From a virus, in IMG/VR virus record IMGVR_UViG_3300040807_002082, positions 1 through 64,000 of that record: 64,000 bases of DNA; one strand, written 5' to 3'. Numbering within the stretch: position 1 is the first letter of the stretch; every line of letters begins with the position of its first letter. Shown piece by piece: positions 8,873 through 17,852 of the stretch. The translations under genes and the position numbers were made by a program. Under the pieces are notes generated by a model, which was given only the letters and a program-made list of their open reading frames with translations, did no database searches and was not told the DNA's origin.

Positions 8873-9082
8873 GTTTTCTTTAGAAGGCGGCACTACAGGA
8901 ATACATACTGCTTGAATGTTTGGTGGAAAATATCCTGAAGGCATTCCAAACAAAGCTGATGATAACGATTCTCTCGCTGCAAAACATTCTGAAAAACTTT
9001 CAAACGTTCCTACACTGCTTGCTGCTATTTTGATTTCGCCTGATACCTGTAAAGATACCACGATGGCGATTAAGGTAAACAT
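8867..9082 (-). CDS. small exported two-Cys protein
   Basis: MFTLIAIVVSL... with F..F.EC and AVC; SD AAGGA; the longer track ORF overlaps tRNA-Thr. Confidence 0.7.
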   Translation of the reverse strand: MFTLIAIVVSLQVSGEIKIAASSVGTFESFSECFAARESLSSALFGMPSGYFPPNIQAVCIPVVPPSKENS

Positions 9083-9100
9083 AACGTTCCTTTCTAAATA

Positions 9101-9176
9101 TGGTGCCGGCACCAAGATTCGAACTCGGGACCTTCTCATTACAAGTGAGCTGCTCTACCAACTGAGCTATGCCGGC
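9101..9176 (-). tRNA. tRNA-Thr(TGT)
   Basis: GCCGGCA...CT TGT AA...GTTCGAATC...TGCCGGC ACCA cloverleaf. Confidence 0.95.
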
Positions 9177-9178
9177 CT

Positions 9179-9255
9179 TGGTCTCGGTGGAGAGATTCGA
9201 ACTCCCGACCCTTTGGTCCCAAACCAAATGCGCTACCAGACTGCGCTACACCGAG
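9179..9255 (-). tRNA. tRNA-Pro(TGG)
   Basis: CTCGGTG...TT TGG GA...GTTCGAATC...CACCGAG ACCA. Confidence 0.95.
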
Positions 9256-9256
9256 G

Positions 9257-9451
9257 TTAATACAAACTATTTACACTGGGTATAGTATTACCAGTTTTTA
9301 AACAGAATGCTCTTTCATTATCAGTCGTAAACTTTTTCTCTAGTTCAACGACTGCATTATTACAATCCCATAATAAATCAAACTCTTGGTACATTGTAAA
9401 TTTTGCCTCATCAAATCCTAGAGGAAAACTGATAATAAAAAGAGTCCACAT
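9257..9451 (-). CDS. small exported two-Cys protein
   Basis: MWTLFIISF...WDC...AFC; SD AAAGGA. Confidence 0.7.
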   Translation of the reverse strand: MWTLFIISFPLGFDEAKFTMYQEFDLLWDCNNAVVELEKKFTTDNERAFCLKTGNTIPSVNSLY

Positions 9452-9466
9452 TATATTTCCTTTCAT

Positions 9467-9551
9467 TGGTGCCCGCACCCAGACTCGAACTGGGAAGCCA
9501 TACGGCGGGAGATTTTAAGTCTCCTGAGTTTACCAATTTCTCCATGCGGGC
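9467..9551 (-). tRNA. tRNA-Leu(TAA)
   Basis: GCCCGCA...CT TAA AA, long variable arm, GTTCGAGTC, CCA. Confidence 0.95.
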
Positions 9552-9556
9552 TTTAT

Positions 9557-9633
9557 TGGCCCGCCCACCAGGACTCGAACCTGGAACCTACAGCTTAGAA
9601 GGCTGTTGCACTATCCAATTGTGCTATGGACGG
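9557..9633 (-). tRNA. tRNA-Arg(TCT)
   Basis: CCGTCCA...CT TCT AA...GTTCGAGTC...TGGGCGG GCCA. Confidence 0.95.
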
Positions 9634-9635
9634 AA

Positions 9636-9749
9636 TTAATTTTTACCTTGACCTCGATACTTCTTATAACCGCGTTTCGCATGTTTGTTCATAGACGATT
9701 TTTTAATATTACGTCTTCCGATTGAAGTCTTCTTATTTCCGACTGCCAA
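9636..9749 (-). CDS. very basic 37-aa peptide
   Basis: Hand translation (TTG start, SD GGAGG) MAVGNKKTSIGRRNIKKSSMNKHAKRGYKKYRGQGKN. Confidence 0.7.
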   Translation of the reverse strand: MAVGNKKTSIGRRNIKKSSMNKHAKRGYKKYRGQGKN

Positions 9750-9751
9750 GT

Positions 9752-9856
9752 TTATTCCTCCACATTATCAATAAAGCTTTGCATTACGCGATAAGGCAAT
9801 GTGCATATAAAAATGTATACAGTCCAAAAGACAATGTTATACAAAATTATTTCCAT
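9752..9856 (-). CDS. 34-aa single-TM peptide
   Basis: Hand translation MEIILYNIVFWTVYIFICTLPYRVMQSFIDNVEE; fills the gap between neighbours. Confidence 0.55.
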   Translation of the reverse strand: MEIILYNIVFWTVYIFICTLPYRVMQSFIDNVEE

Positions 9857-10299
9857 GGCAGCACAACCTCAAGACGACGTTTACGTCCGTTTTCTGTAAA
9901 CCGCATAATGCTATGGCTATAAATTTTCTTATATTTGGTTTCGTATTCAGTAACAGTATCACACTGCTTTTCAACACGATACCCACCGTTACCTTGATTT
10001 TTGTCAGCAGTAATAATACCACCAAGTACAGCACCTGCTGCAGCACCTTGGTCATTACCTGATAGACCTTTACCTAACAACCCACCAAGGATCATACCAC
10101 CTAAAACGTCACCGCCTGATGCGCCAGATTTATTAGGCACTTTTACGTTGCGGCATTGTTCGTAATAGATAGGAGAACTAAATTCCTCATAAACATAAAC
10201 ATCTTCGTACGTCGCATCGCGCATTGTTTTACGACCATCAGCATAAGCAGGCAACGCAAACATAATTGCTGTTGTTGCTATAATGGTTTTCTTAAACAT
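9847..10299 (-). CDS. glycine-zipper 2TM exported protein
   Basis: Signal MFKKTIIATTAIMFALPAYA; GGMILGGLLG...GAAAGAVLGG zipper. Confidence 0.85.
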   Translation of the reverse strand: MFKKTIIATTAIMFALPAYADGRKTMRDATYEDVYVYEEFSSPIYYEQCRNVKVPNKSGASGGDVLGGMILGGLLGKGLSGNDQGAAAGAVLGGIITADKNQGNGGYRVEKQCDTVTEYETKYKKIYSHSIMRFTENGRKRRLEVVLPWK

Positions 10300-10444
10300 A
10301 AGGCTGTTCCTCTCCAAAGCTTTCGTATTCAAACGGCTCAGAGAAACCATCAATTGCCTCGAAACCATTGTACTCTGATTCTACTTCGATCTTGTCAACT
10401 ACCGTGTTGATGTCAATCCAATCAGTTGCGATATCGTTTTCCAT
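10292..10444 (-). CDS. highly acidic 50-aa early peptide
   Basis: Hand translation MENDIATDWIDINTVVDKIEVESEYNGFEAIDGFSEPFEYESFGEEQPYV; SD AAAGGA; TTGACA-17-TATATT upstream. Confidence 0.7.
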   Translation of the reverse strand: MENDIATDWIDINTVVDKIEVESEYNGFEAIDGFSEPFEYESFGEEQPYV

Positions 10445-10507
10445 ATTAGATCCTTTCATTTGATATATCTAATATAATTCAGAACTTGTACAATGTCAAT
10501 AGTTAAT

Positions 10508-10753
10508 TTAGAAATTTTTGTAACTTTTTGTATTTTTATTTATCGCGGTATGTATGATCTTCCACTTTACCCAGGATTCCATACAATGCTCATCATTTCT
10601 CGATATAAAATTGATAAGCCAACAAAGATGCCATTTGCGATTCCTCATCCGTTCGTGTTGAGTTGCCGAAAAGGTTTGATTGCTTTTGCCGCCTAACAAT
10701 ACGTTAACGAAAATTGAAAAGGCAACTCCTAATCTATGAAAGTAAGATCTCAT
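10508..10753 (-). CDS. hypothetical protein
   Basis: 81 aa; N.LLGG..NQTFSA, HC..SW; overlaps gp52 stop. Confidence 0.7.
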   Translation of the reverse strand: MRSYFHRLGVAFSIFVNVLLGGKSNQTFSATQHERMRNRKWHLCWLINFISRNDEHCMESWVKWKIIHTAINKNTKSYKNF

Positions 10754-12093
10754 AACTCATCCAAATCCTTAATGAATTGGTTTTTTGGAGTTTCTTTTTC
10801 CCAGAATTTCAATTCCTTTTGTGCGGCCTTGATTTCTTTTGCAAGCTCCTTAACCATTTCGTCTGTTAAACTCATAATGTTAATCCGAAGCAAACGGTCT
10901 ACGTCTTCAACAAGCGCCGATGTTTTACCAAGGATGTCTTTACCGACTTCATTCTTTTTACGATTCTTAAACGTAATTTCTTCATCAAGAATTCTTTGAA
11001 TGAATTCCATTTTGACATTCAACCATCGAGCTTCTTCGGCCCATTCTTGTTGGCGTTTAGCAATACGCTCTGACAGAATACCTAAACGGTAATCACAGAA
11101 ATCTTTAATGAGATCTCGTTCGTCGGTGTATTCCCGTAGTTTACCATTGAAGTCAATCACCGTTAGGTTTTCAGTCAATGGTTTACTAAGCTTGAACTTC
11201 GAAACGATTTTATCGTGGTTCCAATTTGCAGATGTATTTTGCTTTAGCTTTACTTCGAACCTGAAACCTGATTTATCGCAAAGATCATCATAAGATACTA
11301 TGTCACCATCGTCTTCAAGTTTATCGAGTACCTTTACGTATGCTTCACGATCATATCCATAAGGTACCTCGGTAATTTCAAGTACGGTTTTGCTTTTCTT
11401 ATCAAACATACCTAGAACGGTATACTTGTTTTCTTCTGATTCGTACTGAACCGCACCTTTGAAATCTGGGAAACACACTGGAAGCTTGTTGGCAATATTA
11501 CCATTCAGCATGTATTCACGACAAGCACTAGAAAGTGCATTAGGGTCTCGCGGAAGTATGTTTGTAGCAAAACCAGTGGCAATACCTTTAGTTCCGTTTG
11601 CCAAAACCAAAGGAATCACTGGTAAATAAAATGCTGGCGGTTCGTGTTCAGGATCACTATGCGCAGGGGCGAGGTCAGCATCACGAATATATTTTTTAAA
11701 GTTTTCGTGGAGGCGCGTATAGACATAACGTGGTGCACCTGCTTCTTGAACGAGTCGAGTACCAAAGGAACCACGGCCTTCGACTAAACAGATATTATTA
11801 TTCCACGTTGCGGCCATAAGCTGACCTGCCCCTGCGGCCGACGTCTCACCGTGGTTGTACCCATAGTCTGATATGATACCTGCAACAGCGCTTACCTTTT
11901 TAAAGTCGCTTTTGGAGTTGAGGATCGAGCTATATAAGTAAAACCTTTGCACGGGCTTCAAACCGTCAATCATATTAGGGATTGCACGGGATTCAACCGT
12001 ATACATAGCAAAGGACAACCATTCGTGAGATGCAACCTTAGAGATTGGATACTCATTTGCTTCAGTAGTAAATTCAAGTACGCTCATTAGCAA
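10750..12093 (-). CDS. 52: DNA topoisomerase II medium subunit (gp52)
   Basis: RAIPNMIDGLKPVQR, Y.HGE.S, GAPRY catalytic Tyr, NGTKGIATGF. Confidence 0.95.
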   Translation of the reverse strand: MLMSVLEFTTEANEYPISKVASHEWLSFAMYTVESRAIPNMIDGLKPVQRFYLYSSILNSKSDFKKVSAVAGIISDYGYNHGETSAAGAGQLMAATWNNNICLVEGRGSFGTRLVQEAGAPRYVYTRLHENFKKYIRDADLAPAHSDPEHEPPAFYLPVIPLVLANGTKGIATGFATNILPRDPNALSSACREYMLNGNIANKLPVCFPDFKGAVQYESEENKYTVLGMFDKKSKTVLEITEVPYGYDREAYVKVLDKLEDDGDIVSYDDLCDKSGFRFEVKLKQNTSANWNHDKIVSKFKLSKPLTENLTVIDFNGKLREYTDERDLIKDFCDYRLGILSERIAKRQQEWAEEARWLNVKMEFIQRILDEEITFKNRKKNEVGKDILGKTSALVEDVDRLLRINIMSLTDEMVKELAKEIKAAQKELKFWEKETPKNQFIKDLDEL

Positions 12094-12139
12094 ACCTTTT
12101 CAAATTATAGTACTATTCTATCAAAGAACTTTCGGAATG

Positions 12140-12343
12140 TCAACCATTATTTTTAAGTTTTTCTTGATGGGCTTCAATCCGTTTCTTTTCCCATTTGTGC
12201 AATGGACATTTTGCTGCAGCAAATTTTACCTTAGCAGGAATAAGACAACCGCACTTACGGCACATCTTTGTCATTGCGAAATACTCATCGCAAGTCAAAC
12301 AAAGATTCATACGTTCCTGTTGTATTGCTTTTGCTATAATCAT
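12140..12343 (-). CDS. small Zn-finger-like protein
   Basis: R...C..C......C..CGC....K......CP..KW. Confidence 0.75.
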   Translation of the reverse strand: MIIAKAIQQERMNLCLTCDEYFAMTKMCRKCGCLIPAKVKFAAAKCPLHKWEKKRIEAHQEKLKNNG

Positions 12344-12549
12344 TGAAAGTATTTGTCCAACATATCGAGCACGTCTTGATATTTTGCCATTTCAAGGATT
12401 TCGGTTTCCATTGCTTCAAACACATCTGGGTGTTCGCCAATACCTGCAGGATTATTAAGGTATACCTCAACATTAAGCTTGTGCTTTTGGATATGACCGT
12501 GAGCGTGTGCACGCATTGCTTTAATAATCACTTCTTGATCTAATGCCAT
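12340..12549 (-). CDS. conserved phage hypothetical protein
   Basis: NVEVYLNNPAGIGEHPDV. Confidence 0.8.
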   Translation of the reverse strand: MALDQEVIIKAMRAHAHGHIQKHKLNVEVYLNNPAGIGEHPDVFEAMETEILEMAKYQDVLDMLDKYFQ

Positions 12550-12561
12550 TTTCTTTTCCTT

Positions 12562-14382
12562 CTATTGAAACATAAAGTCTTTACGTAGTTGAGAGTCGCG
12601 CCCAAACATCATTTGGAAAATACTTGCGTCATCAACAGTAACGGTATCGTATTGTGGTTTGTTGATAATCGTATCATACTCGTCTTCAGTAAGTGAACCC
12701 AAGCCTTTGATGTAACGGTGCTTCCATCCACCTTGTTCTGATTTAAATTGCGATGCGTCTTCATAATTATAGAACCACTTGACTTCTTTACCTTTAACGG
12801 AAATCATAATCGGTGTACGAGTAATCTTTACACGTTTTTCGGTAAGTAGCCGTGGCCAGAATTTGTAAAAGAACGCAATCAGTAGCGGAGAAATATGACC
12901 AATGCCATCATGGTCGGCGTCGGTTAACGTTGCAATGTTTTCGTACGTCATATTATCAACGCTATTGGGATTATTTATATCCAAGCCAAGTACAGCGACA
13001 AGTTCAGACAATTCCTTGTTCTTCAATACGTCGGCAGGTTTCATATCCCAGGTATTCATAATCACACCACGCAAAGGATATGCTCCTACCTTGTTGGCAT
13101 CTCGAACCTTTAATAGGAAACCCATTGCCGAATCACCTTCGACGATTTTCAGTGTTGCGTCAGATTGATTGGCGGCAATGTGTTTTGCTACCTTGACCTT
13201 ACGCAAACTCTTTTGTGCCAAGGTTGCGGCACGTTTATCAGCGGCGATTTTCTTTGCAAGCTGAGCTTCAATAATTGGGTCAATAATTGACGGTGTATTG
13301 AGAATCTTACGAGCAAAGAACAGCGCATCCTTAATACCAGACGCAACAGCATGGTCACGTACGTTTGTCATAGGATTGGTCAAACGCTCTTTTGTTTGAG
13401 AGTCAAACTTTGGATTCATGAAGTTTCGAGCAAACATGACGAAAGTTAAACCATTCTTGATGGTTGATTTGACAACTTCGATTTTATGCTTACGTTTAAT
13501 CATAGTGACAAGTTCGTCAACGATGCCGTTCACAATAAAATCGACGTATGTACCACCTTGCCGCGTATTCACGCCATTAATAAAGGAGTTGGTACGGAAC
13601 CCATCCTCAGACGATCCAATAAAGAATGATAGGTCTTCGGTCTTTTCAATAATTGCGTCTTCAGCAAACAGCTCAGAATATTTCTTGAGGTTGTTGACCT
13701 TAATGCGTTTACGGTTAAACGAAAAAGCAATTTCAGGAAATGCCATTTGAAGACTGATAAGGCGATCTTCAATCAAAGAAACAGTATCAAGTTCTGAAAG
13801 ACTATCAACTTCAAACAAATCAAAGTCAGGAGTAAACCAAACCTCAGTGCCGTTACCTTCTTTAGGAGTATTCTTTTCTCGAATATCCTCAGCGCCATTT
13901 TTACATTCAACCGTAAGCATTGTTCCATTTGACCAAGTCTTACCTACAAATTTTGCCGACAAGAAATTAGTTGCCGCAGAACCGACACCGTTGGTACCAA
14001 TTGTTACGCGGTTATCATCAAAGCTTGTGCCTGCGTTTACTCTTGTCCATGCAGCAGTTGCTCGTGCAATCTTGCTGTCGGTTGTTTCATCATAAACTAA
14101 TTCTTGCGGAATGCCACGACCGTTGTCGGATATGGTTACCTTATTATTATCTACGGAAACATTAATCTTGTTTGCGTATTTGAAATTAGTGCGGATTGCC
14201 TCGTCAATTGAGTTATCAAGGATTTCGTCAATCATTTTTGACAAAGCAGGCACATACGTTGCGTTTGTCCAAGTACCTAAGACAAACCGCTCAACCTGCT
14301 CTCGAGCACTTGAACCCATATACATGCCGATACGCTCACGAACGTGTTGGCGTGCTGTTAAAATTTTGAAATCTTCACTCAA
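12562..14382 (-). CDS. 39: DNA topoisomerase II large subunit (fused gp39+gp60)
   Basis: GHKL EILDNSIDE, DNGRGIP, GTNGVG; TOPRIM EGDSA, PLRG, TDADHDG; YIKGLGS. Confidence 0.95.
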   Translation of the reverse strand: MSEDFKILTARQHVRERIGMYMGSSAREQVERFVLGTWTNATYVPALSKMIDEILDNSIDEAIRTNFKYANKINVSVDNNKVTISDNGRGIPQELVYDETTDSKIARATAAWTRVNAGTSFDDNRVTIGTNGVGSAATNFLSAKFVGKTWSNGTMLTVECKNGAEDIREKNTPKEGNGTEVWFTPDFDLFEVDSLSELDTVSLIEDRLISLQMAFPEIAFSFNRKRIKVNNLKKYSELFAEDAIIEKTEDLSFFIGSSEDGFRTNSFINGVNTRQGGTYVDFIVNGIVDELVTMIKRKHKIEVVKSTIKNGLTFVMFARNFMNPKFDSQTKERLTNPMTNVRDHAVASGIKDALFFARKILNTPSIIDPIIEAQLAKKIAADKRAATLAQKSLRKVKVAKHIAANQSDATLKIVEGDSAMGFLLKVRDANKVGAYPLRGVIMNTWDMKPADVLKNKELSELVAVLGLDINNPNSVDNMTYENIATLTDADHDGIGHISPLLIAFFYKFWPRLLTEKRVKITRTPIMISVKGKEVKWFYNYEDASQFKSEQGGWKHRYIKGLGSLTEDEYDTIINKPQYDTVTVDDASIFQMMFGRDSQLRKDFMFQ

Positions 14383-14446
14383 GGTATCTTCTCCATTTGA
14401 GATATTACTAAACCATTCTATACCACTTTTGCGGATATGTCAATAG

Positions 14447-14521
14447 TTAAATGAAACCTATCCAATGTGTGCAGTCGTCGCAAGGATCATCGAATTGATA
14501 ACATCGATAATCTTCTGTCAT
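14447..14521 (-). CDS. 24-aa micropeptide
   Basis: Hand translation MTEDYRCYQFDDPCDDCTHWIGFI; SD GAGAGG; late promoter about 30 nt upstream. Confidence 0.55.
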   Translation of the reverse strand: MTEDYRCYQFDDPCDDCTHWIGFI

Positions 14522-14550
14522 TGTACTGACCTCTCGGTATTGTTGTCTCT

Positions 14551-14562
14551 TATTTATAAATA
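14551..14562. promoter_or_regulatory. palindromic bidirectional late promoter TATTTATAAATA
   Basis: TATAAATA on + (14555-14562) and - (14558-14551). Confidence 0.7.
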
Positions 14563-14605
14563 GATACTATAACAGATTTAAAAGATTGTCAATAGGAAAT
14601 ATGCA

Positions 14606-15091
14606 ATGATTACAAATTATTTAGCGCCTACGTCGTTTATCGTCACGGTGTCAAGACTGCCAAAGGTTGAGTTTTTTACTCAAACCACGTCAATTCCTAG
14701 CATCTCAATTAGCCCAGTAACAAACAACACTCCAATCCAAAATTTTTACTCGTCTGGTGACCGTATTGAGTATTCTGATTTTGACCTTGGGTTTATTGTA
14801 GACGAGCGCATGGATAATTATATTGAGGTCCTACGTTGGATGGAAGGACTAGGTTCTCCTGAAACAACTGACCAATACAAGGACATCGAGAACAGCAAAG
14901 ATGGCATCACATCAGATATCACAATAACAATTCACAATAGCCACAAGAACCCAAATATTCGAGTTATCTATAAAAATTGTTTCCCAACTGCACTATCGCA
15001 AGTTGACCTCAGCGTCACTTCAACAGACGTAGCATATCCACAGGCAACAGTCACATTTAGGTACGATACGTTCGTAATAGAACAAATTTAA
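14606..15091 (+). CDS. 3: tail completion/sheath stabilizer (gp3-like)
   Basis: NYLAPTSF..RLPKVEFF.Q...IP, F.VDE.M.NY, F.Y; position before uvsY-uvsW. Confidence 0.8.
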   Translation: MITNYLAPTSFIVTVSRLPKVEFFTQTTSIPSISISPVTNNTPIQNFYSSGDRIEYSDFDLGFIVDERMDNYIEVLRWMEGLGSPETTDQYKDIENSKDGITSDITITIHNSHKNPNIRVIYKNCFPTALSQVDLSVTSTDVAYPQATVTFRYDTFVIEQI

Positions 15092-15154
15092 CCATTGACA
15101 TTTTTGTTAAACTGTTGTAGAATAGATTATAAAATGATTTAGTGGAGCTACTTA

Positions 15155-15592
15155 ATGAGCACAGATGACATTAGTGAATTGTGGTCAAAAGACTGTAAGA
15201 TTGATGAAACAAACCTTGGGCGCGAATCACAACGTATTCCTGAGTTGCACGCAAAGTATTATACCTTATTTTATAGGGAAGCACTCAAGGTTAAGAAACT
15301 TCTACACGATTATAAAGAGCTTGAACACGCAAAGCGTGAGTGGTATGATGGCAGCATGGCTGAAGAAGATTTGAGAGATCGTGGGTGGAAACCGTTTCAA
15401 AAGAAAGTCCTTCGCAACGATCTTGATAAGTATATCCAACAAGATCAAGAAATCATTAACCTAAGTCTTAAAATTGACTATCACAAAACAAGAGCAAGTT
15501 TTCTTGAAGATATTGTTAAGACAATCCATTCCCGCAATTTCATCATCAAGAACATGATTGATGTGATGAAATTCCAAGCTGGTGAGTATTAG
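15155..15592 (+). CDS. uvsY: recombination mediator UvsY
   Basis: W.KD.KID, IP.LH.KY, R.F.IKN.I...KF.AG. Confidence 0.9.
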   Translation: MSTDDISELWSKDCKIDETNLGRESQRIPELHAKYYTLFYREALKVKKLLHDYKELEHAKREWYDGSMAEEDLRDRGWKPFQKKVLRNDLDKYIQQDQEIINLSLKIDYHKTRASFLEDIVKTIHSRNFIIKNMIDVMKFQAGEY

Positions 15593-15632
15593 ATAAATAA
15601 ACAGTATATAATGCTATACTGGAGACTTTGTC

Positions 15633-17120
15633 ATGGACGTTATCAATGTAGAACCACTTAACGCAGTACATATGAAAATTGATACTGAATCTGGCGTTAA
15701 GATGGAGCTACAAGAATATTTCTCATTTAGACCAACAGGATACCAATTTGTACCTGCATACAAGAATCGTGTGTGGGATGGTTGGGTACGTTTGTTTTCT
15801 CCGTTAAGACCTGTCTTATATGTTGGGTTACTACCGTACTTACGCAAATTTTGCGAGAGTCGAGGATACGAACTAAACGTCGGTGGCGAAATGTATGCTG
15901 AAGAAAACGTGCCTGACAATTATGGATACGAAATTGCAGAAGAAATCAATTGCAAGTTTAAACCTCGCGATTATCAAAACGAGTACGTTGTTAATGCAAT
16001 TCGTAAAAATCGCTCGCTTTCTTTATCTCCAACGTCTTCAGGTAAATCATTAATCATATATTTAATTCAGCAACATTATTATCAGGCATATGGACATAGA
16101 ACACTTATTATTGTGCCAACGATATCATTGGTACATCAAATGGCTGGAGACTTTGTTGATTACGGCTGCACCGACGAGATCTACAAGATTCAGGGTGGTG
16201 TTGACAAGAATACGAATGCGCCTATTGTTATCTCAACTTGGCAGTCCTTGATTAAACAACCAAAGCAATGGTTTGACCAATTCCGCGTTGTCTTAGGGGA
16301 TGAGGCGCATCAGTTCCAAGCAAAGTCGCTTCAGAAGATTATGGATTCGTTAGTTAATTGTCAATATCGCCACGGGTTTACAGGTACCTTGAAGTCAGAC
16401 GAAAGCAAAACACACCGTCTTGTTCTTGAAGGTTGTTTTGGCGAAGTAAAAAGATACGTCAGTACGAAGGATCTAATGGACTCAGGTACAGTTGCCGATT
16501 TCAAAGTAAAAGCAATTGTGTTAGGATATGACGACGCAATCAAAAAAGAATTCAGAACAGCATTCCGCAAGATTGCCGAACCATCAAAGAAATATCCTGC
16601 TGAACGCGAGTTCTTAATCAACAACCATAAACGAAACGTTTTCATTCGTAATTTATTGTGGTCTCTTGAAGGTCAAAACAATCTTGTCTTGTTTGATTTG
16701 GTTGAGAAACATGGTAAGGTATTGGAACCTCTCCTTCGGAGAGACGATCGTCAATTACATTTTATATATGGTGGAACAAAAGGTGATGAACGTGAAAGGA
16801 TTAGAAATTTGATTGAGAACGACCCTGTTAAACAACACAACATTCTTGCGTCTTATGGCGTTTTCTCAACTGGCGTCAACCTTAAGAAATTGGATAACGT
16901 AATCTTTGCTTCAGGTTCTAAATCTGAAATTAAGGTTCTGCAATCAATAGGACGTACCTTGAGGAAAGGTAATGATGCAGACAAAGCGACCCTTTATGAT
17001 ATTACCGATGACTTATCTCACGGGTCTTTTGAAAATTATACTTTAAAGCATTTTAAGAAACGCATTGAAATCTATGGGAATGAACAGTTTCCATTCAAGA
17101 TCTACAATGTTTCAATCTAG
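15633..17120 (+). CDS. uvsW: DNA helicase UvsW
   Basis: PRDYQ, SPTSSGKS, DEAH, GFTGT, LQSIGR. Confidence 0.95.
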   Translation: MDVINVEPLNAVHMKIDTESGVKMELQEYFSFRPTGYQFVPAYKNRVWDGWVRLFSPLRPVLYVGLLPYLRKFCESRGYELNVGGEMYAEENVPDNYGYEIAEEINCKFKPRDYQNEYVVNAIRKNRSLSLSPTSSGKSLIIYLIQQHYYQAYGHRTLIIVPTISLVHQMAGDFVDYGCTDEIYKIQGGVDKNTNAPIVISTWQSLIKQPKQWFDQFRVVLGDEAHQFQAKSLQKIMDSLVNCQYRHGFTGTLKSDESKTHRLVLEGCFGEVKRYVSTKDLMDSGTVADFKVKAIVLGYDDAIKKEFRTAFRKIAEPSKKYPAEREFLINNHKRNVFIRNLLWSLEGQNNLVLFDLVEKHGKVLEPLLRRDDRQLHFIYGGTKGDERERIRNLIENDPVKQHNILASYGVFSTGVNLKKLDNVIFASGSKSEIKVLQSIGRTLRKGNDADKATLYDITDDLSHGSFENYTLKHFKKRIEIYGNEQFPFKIYNVSI

Positions 17121-17145
17121 TATTGTTTTGTTCTCGATAAATCGA

Positions 17146-17173
17146 ATTATAACCTAGTTGAAAGAAATGTCAA
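17146..17173 (-). promoter_or_regulatory. sigma70-type promoter antisense to uvsW
   Basis: TTGACA-16-TATAAT on - strand. Confidence 0.6.
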
Positions 17174-17201
17174 CAACTTTTTTCAGTTAAAGGCAAAAAA
17201 A

Positions 17202-17807
17202 TTGTTTATAGACTTTGGGGCAGGATATGATCTGCCAGTAATTGCTAATAAATTCAAACACATACCAGAATTCGAGCAAATGGTCGCTATTGATAGAAGA
17301 CCTGATTTTAGAGATCGATATCCTGAATTCTTTGACCTTATGGACAAGCATTATACAAAGGTTGATAATATGTGGATCAAGAAGTCAGATCCAGGATTCA
17401 AGTTCTATGACTGTTACATACAAGACGATATACGCAATGACATTGACGTCCTTGAGCCGGCTGATGTGTGGAGATGTGTATCAACTCTTGAACATGTGTA
17501 CGATGAGGAAGTTGAAGACTTTATGAAAGGCCTGTTAGCAAAAATTCAACCGTGGTCAAATGGGTATATACATATTGATCTGACCGATCACCGCAAATAC
17601 CCACCAGATCCTGATGATTGTTTTTATCATTATGAAAATGAAGAATGGGGTAGAAACAAAGGAAAATACTATACTGGATTGTATTTAAATAGAATTCGTA
17701 AAGAAGAATGGGTTGACATGCTAAGTCAGTGGTTTACATACAGACCCGCGCCAGCTGATAATCACATGTCGCTATCCTGGGCCAACGTTCGATTAAAAAA
17801 TGGTTGA
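17202..17807 (+). CDS. SAM-dependent methyltransferase-like protein
   Basis: FIDFGAG motif I, STLEHV, IDL.DH, LNRIR. Confidence 0.6.
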   Translation: MFIDFGAGYDLPVIANKFKHIPEFEQMVAIDRRPDFRDRYPEFFDLMDKHYTKVDNMWIKKSDPGFKFYDCYIQDDIRNDIDVLEPADVWRCVSTLEHVYDEEVEDFMKGLLAKIQPWSNGYIHIDLTDHRKYPPDPDDCFYHYENEEWGRNKGKYYTGLYLNRIRKEEWVDMLSQWFTYRPAPADNHMSLSWANVRLKNG

Positions 17808-17852
17808 CATTTGAAGAAAATTGGTTATTATTAATTATAGGAGGTACTTTAT

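Noticed and set aside
8916-9260. ORFs spanning tRNA-Thr and tRNA-Pro
   Set aside because: Translations of tRNA genes.
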